DNA of 32,000 nt from positions 118,308-150,307 of the forward strand of contig CAZFGR010000001.1 in assembly GCA_964518475.1 (NCBI GenBank), written 5' to 3'. The stretch comes from an uncultured Nitrososphaerota archaeon. Lineage in GTDB: Archaea; Asgardarchaeota; Njordarchaeia; Njordarchaeales; Njordarchaeaceae. Both the position numbers and the translations under genes were made by a program. Below the pieces are notes generated by a model. It was not told the origin of the DNA and ran no database searches. It saw only the letters and a list, made by a program, of their open reading frames with translations. This document shows, one piece after another, positions 24,777-32,000 of the stretch (position 1 is its first letter; every line of letters begins with the position of its first letter).

Positions 24777-25893
24777 CTATTTTCAGGGCTACTCTTATAA
24801 ACAATTCTTCATTGTTATGCTAGCAGAAGATCCATGGAGCTATTTACGAACATTGAGAATACCTTCGGAAATTAAGGTATTATCTGGCTTGAGAGGATTT
24901 AAGAGGAAAAAAACAGATATAGAGACGGTAGCGATCGGGGATAAATACACGGGTATGCATATTCTTAATAGTGATTTCATCGTCGCACCCATCAAAGTTC
25001 CCAGAATTAAGGAAACATTAATTCCTTATATAGCAGGCAGCGTAAGAAAGGAGAGTTTAATAATTTGGAGAGACCCTCATGATTATCACCCCCTCTACTA
25101 CTCAAGGCTTCCAGATGGATATATTTTTTCATCAAGAATGGAATGGATTTGGCGTATTGGTTTTAGATCCAAGATCTTCCCCAAAGAAAAAAAGGCGCTA
25201 ATAGATAAAGCAAGTATTTATTTCAGAAATAGAGAAATCCAGAAACAATCTAAGTCAGCGCTTTTTTTACAAACAATTAGTAGAGTTCAAAAAGTACTAA
25301 AAAATAGAGTATCGCTTAACATTATTCTTCTTGGTACTCCAGAGGATATTTTCCTGTTAAATTTCTTATCAGATATCAAGGACTCCTTGGACAATGTGCA
25401 ATTAAAGGTATTAGTTCCAGACGTGGTAAATGGAGAATTACAAAGACTTACTGTTGAGGATGTAGAAAGCATTCCAGTAAATGATTTAACCACCGACGAG
25501 AATATACGCAGGTGGATTGAGCTTTCAGAAAGCTCTGATCCGGGTCTCTTCCTTAGAACTAGTCATCTTCTATCATATAGAGAGAATCTGGTTAAAAATA
25601 CTGTTACAAATGTGAATGTGCTACCTATTGCAAGAGAGAATAACAAGGATAAAGCGTTACAGTGGGTATCTTTTAAGCTTTTATGGCCAGCACTATGCGT
25701 GTTTATTCCGCCCTCAACCAGAAAACTAGCGGAAAGAGAGACTATAAGATTGCGTCAATATATGGATGCTTGGAAAAAATATCGCGAAAAACTTGTAAAG
25801 GAGCTTCAATTTAAAGCAATGGAAAAAAATTTAAAGCGGGTTGAGGAATATTTTGCTATTATCTTCAAAGACTTATTTCCCTACACTAGATAA
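24766..25893 (+). CDS. Hypothetical 375-aa protein in the expected top6A position; weak resemblance to a degenerate asparagine synthetase B-like fold
   Basis: Its ATG overlaps the top6B stop by 11 nt (ATGAGCAATGA). WRDPHDYHPLYYSRLPDGYIFSSRMEWIW resembles the AsnB N-domain pattern RD..G.kPLYy....g..FaSE.kal. About 80 aa later, VSLNIILLGTPEDIFLLNFLSD sits where AsnB has the SGGLDSS PP-loop. There is no N-terminal Cys and no intact PP-loop. There is also no Top6A YY/EK/DxDPxG motif set. Confidence 0.55.
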   Translation: MSNDYFQGYSYKQFFIVMLAEDPWSYLRTLRIPSEIKVLSGLRGFKRKKTDIETVAIGDKYTGMHILNSDFIVAPIKVPRIKETLIPYIAGSVRKESLIIWRDPHDYHPLYYSRLPDGYIFSSRMEWIWRIGFRSKIFPKEKKALIDKASIYFRNREIQKQSKSALFLQTISRVQKVLKNRVSLNIILLGTPEDIFLLNFLSDIKDSLDNVQLKVLVPDVVNGELQRLTVEDVESIPVNDLTTDENIRRWIELSESSDPGLFLRTSHLLSYRENLVKNTVTNVNVLPIARENNKDKALQWVSFKLLWPALCVFIPPSTRKLAERETIRLRQYMDAWKKYREKLVKELQFKAMEKNLKRVEEYFAIIFKDLFPYTR

Positions 25894-25927
25894 TACTCGT
25901 CTTCTAGTAAAAAAAGGTGATACAAAA

Positions 25928-26272
25928 ATGCCAGAATACTGTGAACGTTGTGGATCGTTCATGCGAGTAAAGGAAATAAAGGACAATGGTATCATCATAT
26001 ACACCTGCCCTGTTTGCGGTTGGTCAAAAGAAGTAACTAATAATAAGCCAGAGAGTAGTGCTTCCTTAGTCATTGACAAAGCTGCTAGTACAGTCGTTAT
26101 TATTGATGAATCAAAAATTAAACGTCGAGGAGTTGTTGCTAAGGTGCAATGTCCTAAATGCGGTAATTTAGGAGCATATGTTGAAGTTGTACAAACAAGA
26201 GCTGCTGATGAGCCTCCAACGAGGATATATCACTGTACAAAATGTGGTTATACGTGGAGAGAATACTCCTAG
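25928..26272 (+). CDS. tfs: Transcription factor S (TFS; RpoM/TFIIS-like)
   Basis: N-terminal Zn-ribbon CERCG...CPVCG. C-terminal Zn-ribbon CPKCGN...QTRAADEPPTRIYHCTKCGYTWREY carries the acidic DE hairpin. The start is taken at the ATG at 25928. The 5' extension in the track overlaps the previous gene. Confidence 0.85.
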   Translation: MPEYCERCGSFMRVKEIKDNGIIIYTCPVCGWSKEVTNNKPESSASLVIDKAASTVVIIDESKIKRRGVVAKVQCPKCGNLGAYVEVVQTRAADEPPTRIYHCTKCGYTWREYS

Positions 26273-26382
26273 GTAAAAATCATGTACAGTATCTAACATT
26301 TGTTAGCATTTTACATGAGTCATCAAAGATCATCTCTTTCACTACACTCCAATGAAATTAAGATAAAAGATATTAGATAACG

Positions 26383-27333
26383 TTGTGTTCTGAAATGACT
26401 TACAAGCGTTGTCAGCCTATATATTATAAGCCTGAAGCTGGAAAATACTTTTGTCGAGATGAGTTTATTAGATATTTCAAGAAACGCGTTCTAAAAACCA
26501 TTCAAAAATGGAAAATGTTTGAGAGAGATAGTCGCATTGCTGTGGCGGTCTCGGGCGGGAAGGATAGTATGACTCTCTTGTACGTGCTTGAGGAGATAGA
26601 AAGGGATTTTCCGTCTGAGCTCATAATCGTCCATTTGGATGAGAATATCAAGGGATACTCTGATGTGTCGCGCGATCTCGTACGAAAAACGGCTAAGAAA
26701 CTGGGTTTACTCTTGTATGAAGCAAGTTATAAGGAGCTATTTGGCTACTCCATGGATGAAATAGCTAATATCGAGAGAGAGAAAAGGATATACGCTGCAT
26801 GTACTTTTTGTGGAGTATGGCGACGTTGGGGACTAAACTATTTAGCTCTAAAAGCGGGTGCAGATAGACTCGCTACTGCCCACTGTCTTGATGATGAGGC
26901 TCAAACTATAATATTAAATGTTCTAAAGGGAAACCTCCGGAATATCCTTAAATTAGACCCTCGCCCGCGTAGAATTGCTGAAAACGTTGTTCCTCGTGTG
27001 AAACCTTTCAGAGAGATCCCAGAGAGAGAAGTAACCCTCTACGCTCACTTAATGGATATCCCATATAATGATATCCCTTGTCCTTACGCTACAGAAGCGA
27101 TGCGTTGGAATATTAGATTATGGTTAGCTGAGATGGAACGAGCGCACCCTGGAACACTTTATAATATTCTGCGCTTTGGGGAGAAATTAGCCTTGTTGTA
27201 CGGGAATGCAAAGACCGAAGAGAGAATAAATCATTGTGAAATATGTGGTTTCCCCACGGTTGGACGCATCTGTAAAGCACATCAGTTAAAAGAACATCTC
27301 AACAAGTTATTCAGCAAGAACAAGAAGAGATAG
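26383..27333 (+). CDS. ncsA: PP-loop ATPase of the NcsA/Ncs6/TtuA tRNA 2-thiolation family
   Basis: PP-loop AVAVSGGKDSMTLLYVL, Fe-S/active-site Cys pattern CTFCGVWRR...CPY, and C-terminal Zn finger CEICGF...CKAH. The track start is TTG; the ATG at 26395 is an alternative. The N-terminal Zn finger looks degenerate (single Cys residues instead of CxxC pairs). Confidence 0.8.
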   Translation: MCSEMTYKRCQPIYYKPEAGKYFCRDEFIRYFKKRVLKTIQKWKMFERDSRIAVAVSGGKDSMTLLYVLEEIERDFPSELIIVHLDENIKGYSDVSRDLVRKTAKKLGLLLYEASYKELFGYSMDEIANIEREKRIYAACTFCGVWRRWGLNYLALKAGADRLATAHCLDDEAQTIILNVLKGNLRNILKLDPRPRRIAENVVPRVKPFREIPEREVTLYAHLMDIPYNDIPCPYATEAMRWNIRLWLAEMERAHPGTLYNILRFGEKLALLYGNAKTEERINHCEICGFPTVGRICKAHQLKEHLNKLFSKNKKR

Positions 27334-27379
27334 AGCTTATTTTTGAGGCAAATATAGAAAAATATTTGGTTGAGAAAGA

Positions 27380-29815
27380 TTATTGGAACAATATTTCTCG
27401 ATTCTCCGAGATCATTAACATTGGCCCTAGAGAGTATGTTTTTATCAGAAGGTTCGCCGATCTTTCGCTACAACATTCATTTCTCATACTCTTTGTTTGC
27501 AGGGACGAATTTCCACTAAATCCCCCGCCTCTAAATGGTTCTGGTGGAACTACTTCATCCCTATAGACAACTCTATATAATTTCACTTGATTACCGCTAA
27601 TTATTGGTTTAAAGTACGAAAGCTTGAGAGGAATTAGACCAGATGGATTCTGTCTCAAAGATTCTTCTCCTATCATGTTAATCCATCTAGATACTGTGGA
27701 TACTTCTTCACCATAAGCTAGCAAATTCCACAGCATGCTGCTAAAGAATGGCTTTTTATAAACACCCTTTTCTTCATCAAAGTAATCTTCTTCTGTAATG
27801 TTGTACTGAGGAGCGTGTTTCTCGGCTATTCTGATCATCCAAATGGCTTTAAAGAGATCAACCGTATAGACTACCACCCATTTAACGTTATATTCCCTTA
27901 ACAATTTTATTGATTCATTCTCGGGCAAAATTAACATCGCCCCTACTATTCCCATTTGCGTAGAATTATTTGTCCCATTATCTGCTAGTGTTGTCACATT
28001 AGCGTATGCTTTTAATCTATAACCATAATCCCACCAGCTCAAAACAACATCTGTTGGTTCAGCATACAGTCTTAAATATTCGAACACTTCGAGTTCATCT
28101 TCACTTAGATCATATTGGGCTAAGCCTTTCGTTGCAACAATTCCGTTGTATAGAGAGAATATCAGCATCATTCCAATGATTAAATAAGCTATGACCGCTT
28201 CACTTCTTGGTAATCTAGCCTCTCCGGCAAGCAATCGAACAGGTCTTATAGGGTGTAATATCCATTCTCCCTTCAATGCTGTTGTGAAAGGTTCCAAGAA
28301 GTAATCAATAGCAACTCCTGCTGCTATGGCAAGGAGAGGAGCGCCAACGACAATAAATCTAGAGATGCTAGCAGAGAAATAAAAACCAGTGAGAATTATC
28401 AATAATAGCATCATTTCATTTGGTGTTCTTTTTTCTAGGATATAATTAATCGCTAGAGGCGCCAGAAGAATGGATAGGAAGCCTCCAAACAGTATTGTAC
28501 TCCAAGTAGCTGGCTGATTCTCACTAACGCTACTGAATGTTGGTAGGAGGTTTCGGAGGGCTGGATTTATCACGCTAGCGAACTTTGCTCCTATATCGAT
28601 TAACTGTCCAGTAGCGTATAAGTAAATAACTCCCACAAGAATCGCTGTTATTCCACCCCCGAGAATGATTTTGTATGCTTCCTTTTTGCCTCCTGGTAAA
28701 CTTTCTCCAAAGTACGTTCCCAGATAATTAACAATAATTATGAGAAGGGAGAATATTGCGAGTAGACCATCCGGTCTTAATAGGATACCATAGTTTCTTG
28801 GCAAGACGGATATTAAGCCTAAACCAATAGGAATCGAAACACTATATGTTAAACTAATTTTATCATCGAGCTTATTTGTAATCCATAATAGTACCACGAA
28901 GATAGCTAAGAGGTCAATAACATAACGATAGAGACCCCAAGTCCACCCTAGTAAACCTAAAGATACGCCCGCTAATACTGATGAGATAATAGAATCTTTT
29001 TTGTAACCTCTTATGAATAGATAAATGGTAAGAAAAATCAGGAAAATTCCCACAGATTCGTTGTCATAGAACCCTGCAATTGTTCTTTGGATAAGTCCTG
29101 GACTAATAGCGGCCAGAAACGCGGCGAAGAGCCCTGCTCTTGAGCTTTTAAGTTCTCTGGCTATTAAATATATTAGAATAATTGCTAGTGAACCAAAAAT
29201 TGCTGGAACCACGCTTATTACTGTGAGAAGATCAATCTCGTAACCTAGGAGAATGAGGAGTTTATGCAAGATAACTCCAGTGAGCGGTATTCCTATGTAG
29301 AGAGCATTCCATGGTCTCCCCCATGGATACCAGATACTGTAGTCAATATCACAAAGAAACACCTTTAGACCACGCTCCTCTATGTATCTTGCTGCTTCCA
29401 GTTGAATAAATGGATCATAAGCTCTAAGAGAAGCACCATAAACTATGAATGGATAGATCCTGATGATAAATGCGATTGTTACGATTAGCAATAGCGCGAG
29501 GAGATTCATTGCACTACTCACAGGAATTTTGAAGATTTTTATGAAATCTCTTAACTTCTCTTTCCAAGAGACCAAGTTAGTCACCACTTTGCGAAGCAAC
29601 CTAAAATAGTTTTGAATAATATTATCTTGGCCTTTCTCCAAAATCTTCTTTGCTTGATAGATTATAAAGTTTTTATTTCGTGGAAGTAGTATTGTATTGA
29701 AAAAGCAAGACATAACGTAGAAGAATAACAAACTTAGTAGCGATGATCGGAGTCTGGCCTTCTGAATTTTGCTCATGATGAAGATCTTGAGTGGTGAGCC
29801 CTCCTTATTTCCCAT
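27380..29815 (-). CDS. aglB: Archaeal oligosaccharyltransferase AglB (STT3 family)
   Basis: Many TM helices, a first-loop acidic motif (RAYDPF) and the signature WWDYG (SWWDYGYRL), followed by a soluble C-terminal domain. The N-terminal ~100 aa and C-terminal ~55 aa lie outside what I recognise as the conserved core, so both ends are uncertain. Confidence 0.9.
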   Translation of the reverse strand: MGNKEGSPLKIFIMSKIQKARLRSSLLSLLFFYVMSCFFNTILLPRNKNFIIYQAKKILEKGQDNIIQNYFRLLRKVVTNLVSWKEKLRDFIKIFKIPVSSAMNLLALLLIVTIAFIIRIYPFIVYGASLRAYDPFIQLEAARYIEERGLKVFLCDIDYSIWYPWGRPWNALYIGIPLTGVILHKLLILLGYEIDLLTVISVVPAIFGSLAIILIYLIARELKSSRAGLFAAFLAAISPGLIQRTIAGFYDNESVGIFLIFLTIYLFIRGYKKDSIISSVLAGVSLGLLGWTWGLYRYVIDLLAIFVVLLWITNKLDDKISLTYSVSIPIGLGLISVLPRNYGILLRPDGLLAIFSLLIIIVNYLGTYFGESLPGGKKEAYKIILGGGITAILVGVIYLYATGQLIDIGAKFASVINPALRNLLPTFSSVSENQPATWSTILFGGFLSILLAPLAINYILEKRTPNEMMLLLIILTGFYFSASISRFIVVGAPLLAIAAGVAIDYFLEPFTTALKGEWILHPIRPVRLLAGEARLPRSEAVIAYLIIGMMLIFSLYNGIVATKGLAQYDLSEDELEVFEYLRLYAEPTDVVLSWWDYGYRLKAYANVTTLADNGTNNSTQMGIVGAMLILPENESIKLLREYNVKWVVVYTVDLFKAIWMIRIAEKHAPQYNITEEDYFDEEKGVYKKPFFSSMLWNLLAYGEEVSTVSRWINMIGEESLRQNPSGLIPLKLSYFKPIISGNQVKLYRVVYRDEVVPPEPFRGGGFSGNSSLQTKSMRNECCSERSANLLIKTYSLGPMLMISENREILFQ

Positions 29816-29977
29816 TATTAGTTATCCACCCTCTCCACCTATCTACTAATAGTGAGATTGAAATAATGAATGTTAATGTTTAGTGTATTATTTCGATAGG
29901 TAATTTGGTTATGCTGCACCAAAAATACTTGCAGAAGCTCATGAGTAAGAATCTTATGTGAGCAGGGGTGTCATGAA

Positions 29978-31615
29978 GTGTCAGATAGTACTCAGGGATA
30001 TCCAAAGAAATATGTGCTCGATCTAAGTTTGATTCTCTCTGGAGCATTGAAGAGTACGAAGATTTTGGAACTAATTAGAACAGGAAAATTCTACATTCCC
30101 TGGATAATAATTAACAAGTTAAAACAGATGGCCAATCAAGGACTCGAAGAGGGCATCGTGGGAATTAACGAGTTAGTTAGGCTACGTGAGTTAGGGGCTG
30201 AGATTGAATATTTGTTTCAGGATACCAAAATTCACGGGAGCTTAGAAGAAGTTGTCCTGGAGACCGCAAAGAACATAAATGCTACTCTATTAACAAGTGA
30301 CGAGACACTATACCAACTGGCAAAAGTTGCTGGAATAGACGCTTTATTAATTAAACGCCAAAAAAGAGCAGAAAAGTGCTTGAGAATCAGAGATTTTTTT
30401 GACGAAGATACGCTATCCATTCACTTAAAAGAAGGAGTAAAACCGATGGCTAAGAAGGGAAAGCCTGGAGAATGGGAATTCGTTACTCTGAGGGATGAAC
30501 CACTTACAAGAGAAGAGTTAGAGGAACTTATTCGTGAAATAATAGAGGAAGTTCGCAAAACTGATGTGAGAGGATTTATTGAATTAGAACGACCATCCTC
30601 GACAATAATACAGCTTGAGGATCTTCGAATAGTTATCACAAAACCACCATTCTCGGATGCACTTGAAATCACTGCCGTGAGACCAGTTAAACGACTTAAA
30701 CTAGAAGATTATAATTTACCACAGAAGCTGATTAATCGTCTACTTTTTCGAGCAGAGGGAATCTTAATAGCTGGAGCTCCAGGTATGGGCAAAACAACAT
30801 TCGCCCAAGCTTTAGCCGAGTTCTATATGAGAAAAGGAAAAATAGTTAAGACTATCGAGGCTCCCCGAGACATGGTTCTACCCAGAGAGATAACAAGTTA
30901 TTCTAAGTCATTTGGTACATCCGAAGAAATTCATGATATATTGCTATTATCAAGGCCCGATTACACAATCTTTGATGAGATGAGGAATCCCGAAGACTTC
31001 AAATTATTTGCTGATTTACGACTTGCTGGTGTGGGAATGGTAGGAGTTGTTCATGCTACAACCGCTATTGATGCTATTCAACGATTTATAGGCAAAGTAG
31101 AACTCGGAATGATTCCTTCCATAATAGATACCGTAATATTCATGCACAAAGGAAAAGTAAACCGGGTTTTAGCATTAAAGACCGTAGTTAAAGTCCCACA
31201 TGGACTCCAAAGCGAAGACTTAGCTAGACCAGTCGTTTTAGTGTACGATTTCTTAACTAACAAGCCAATGTATGAAATATACACTTTCGGAGAAAGAACC
31301 TTTGTAGTCCCCGTTAGTAGAGAGGCTGTTGAAGAACTATACGGTGTAGAAGAAAAAGCGGAACGACCCGAGGAAGTCCGGGGAATGCCCCTCCCATATG
31401 TTATTAGAGTTAAAAAGAAAGCCTATATCTTCGATTTTGGCCGTGCACATGGAGGGAAAACGGTATCAGCGTATCTCGGTTCACGATTCCTTTTCGCTGA
31501 TGTTATAGGGAAATCGGGAACCATAAGAATTGATAAGCGAGGAAGAATAGGTCGAATAATAAAGGAAGCTCTGGAGAGAGGAGAAAGAATACAATTTTAC
31601 GAGGAGGAAGAATAA
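29978..31615 (+). CDS. PIN-domain plus PilT/PhoH-like ATPase protein (archaeal 'PilT-family ATPase' architecture, possibly with a C-terminal KH-like region)
   Basis: N-terminal PIN pattern (KKYVLDLSLIL ... LLTSDETLYQLAKVAGIDALLI). Walker A LIAGAPGMGKTT, Walker B-like TIFDEMR and VVHATTAIDAIQRF. The C-terminal IGKSGTIRI is GxxG-like. GTG start. Confidence 0.8.
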   Translation: MSDSTQGYPKKYVLDLSLILSGALKSTKILELIRTGKFYIPWIIINKLKQMANQGLEEGIVGINELVRLRELGAEIEYLFQDTKIHGSLEEVVLETAKNINATLLTSDETLYQLAKVAGIDALLIKRQKRAEKCLRIRDFFDEDTLSIHLKEGVKPMAKKGKPGEWEFVTLRDEPLTREELEELIREIIEEVRKTDVRGFIELERPSSTIIQLEDLRIVITKPPFSDALEITAVRPVKRLKLEDYNLPQKLINRLLFRAEGILIAGAPGMGKTTFAQALAEFYMRKGKIVKTIEAPRDMVLPREITSYSKSFGTSEEIHDILLLSRPDYTIFDEMRNPEDFKLFADLRLAGVGMVGVVHATTAIDAIQRFIGKVELGMIPSIIDTVIFMHKGKVNRVLALKTVVKVPHGLQSEDLARPVVLVYDFLTNKPMYEIYTFGERTFVVPVSREAVEELYGVEEKAERPEEVRGMPLPYVIRVKKKAYIFDFGRAHGGKTVSAYLGSRFLFADVIGKSGTIRIDKRGRIGRIIKEALERGERIQFYEEEE

Positions 31616-32000
31616 TGGCAAAGGATATTCAGGGGAAAAAAGTAGTAGTTCCAGGAGAATATATTGGCAATGTCAAGGAATATATTCCAGGAGAAGGCAC
31701 TTATACTGCTAATGGGAAGATATTTTCGTTATATTATGGCGTAGTAATGTATGATAAAGAGAAAAAGAAAATAAACGTAAGACCTATTAAGCAGCCTATA
31801 GTTCCGCAGAAAAACGACATCATACTAGCCGAGATAACTTCATCCGGAGACAGCATAGCTCAAGCAAAGATATACTTCATAATACGTCGAGAAGACACTG
31901 AATCAAAGCTTATTCCATTAATTCCCCCCTTCTCTGGATTAATTCATGTATCGCAATTAGGGATCAGAACAGAGGCTATAAGCAGATACATCAAAGTTAG
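31615..32000 (+). CDS. csl4: Exosome subunit Csl4 (N-terminal and S1 domains); the 3' end runs off the window
   Basis: The ATG overlaps the previous stop (TAATG). MAKDIQGKKVVVPGEYIGNVKEYIPGEGTYTANGKIFSLYYGVVMYD...PQKNDIILAEITSSGDSIAQAKI follows the Csl4 pattern vvPGd.ig..ee...G.Gty...g.i.as..G.v. Confidence 0.75.
   Translation, partial: MAKDIQGKKVVVPGEYIGNVKEYIPGEGTYTANGKIFSLYYGVVMYDKEKKKINVRPIKQPIVPQKNDIILAEITSSGDSIAQAKIYFIIRREDTESKLIPLIPPFSGLIHVSQLGIRTEAISRYIKV

Noticed and set aside
24766-25893. Annotating the ORF downstream of top6B as top6A on position and size alone.
   Set aside because: No catalytic Tyr motif in the proper context, no Toprim Glu and no DxDPxG. Its only Top6A-like pattern has every acidic residue substituted, and an AsnB-like reading fits two motifs with the right spacing. 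I kept it as hypothetical.
25841-25927. The N-terminal 29-codon extension of the TFS ORF given in the track.
   Set aside because: It overlaps the end of the preceding gene. The ATG at 25928 starts directly at the first Zn-ribbon (MPEYCERCG), giving a normal ~114-aa TFS.
27366-27566. A 66-aa plus-strand ORF downstream of ncsA.
   Set aside because: It is entirely antisense to the AglB 3' region and has no motif. It is probably spurious, although the AglB tail itself is flagged as uncertain.
1-32000. I looked for CRISPR arrays, tandem repeats, IS elements or transposases, integrases, inteins and tRNA introns.
   Set aside because: I could see no regularly spaced direct repeats, no transposase or integrase-like ORFs and no Hint or homing-endonuclease insertions in the large proteins. 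The single tRNA has an uninterrupted 7-nt anticodon loop.

Overview
This is a densely coding, AT-rich archaeal chromosomal segment; I judged composition by eye and did not compute it. Its structural RNA genes stand out as sharp GC-rich islands, a pattern typical of thermophiles. About 30 protein genes lie on both strands. Most are information-processing housekeeping genes: archaeal-type AlaRS, a single-ORF RNA polymerase subunit A, GatE, Topo VI subunit B, TFS, aEF-1beta, deoxyhypusine synthase, a RIO2 kinase, an NcsA/TtuA-type PP-loop tRNA thiolase, AglB/STT3, a PIN-ATPase and Csl4. They are interspersed with Cdv/ESCRT cell-division proteins (CdvC/Vps4 at the left edge and an ESCRT-III-like protein), two small GTPases (one clearly MglA-like) and about ten uncharacterised proteins. 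The ORF track misses four RNA genes: tRNA-Ala(CGC), an SRP (7S) RNA, a textbook C/D-box sRNA and a K-turn-containing hairpin RNA. I found no CRISPR array, IS element, integrase or recognisable defence island. I cannot point to a convincing new multi-gene system. The most unusual observations are: (1) top6B is translationally coupled to a 375-aa non-Top6A protein sitting where top6A is expected. (2) The tRNA-Ala next to alaS has A3:U70 instead of the universal G3:U70 identity pair. (3) rpoA is unsplit and isolated from every usual neighbour. (4) An MglA-like GTPase has no Roadblock/MglB partner. (5) There is a pair of divergent small RNA genes. All protein calls rest on motif recognition by eye, with no database search.
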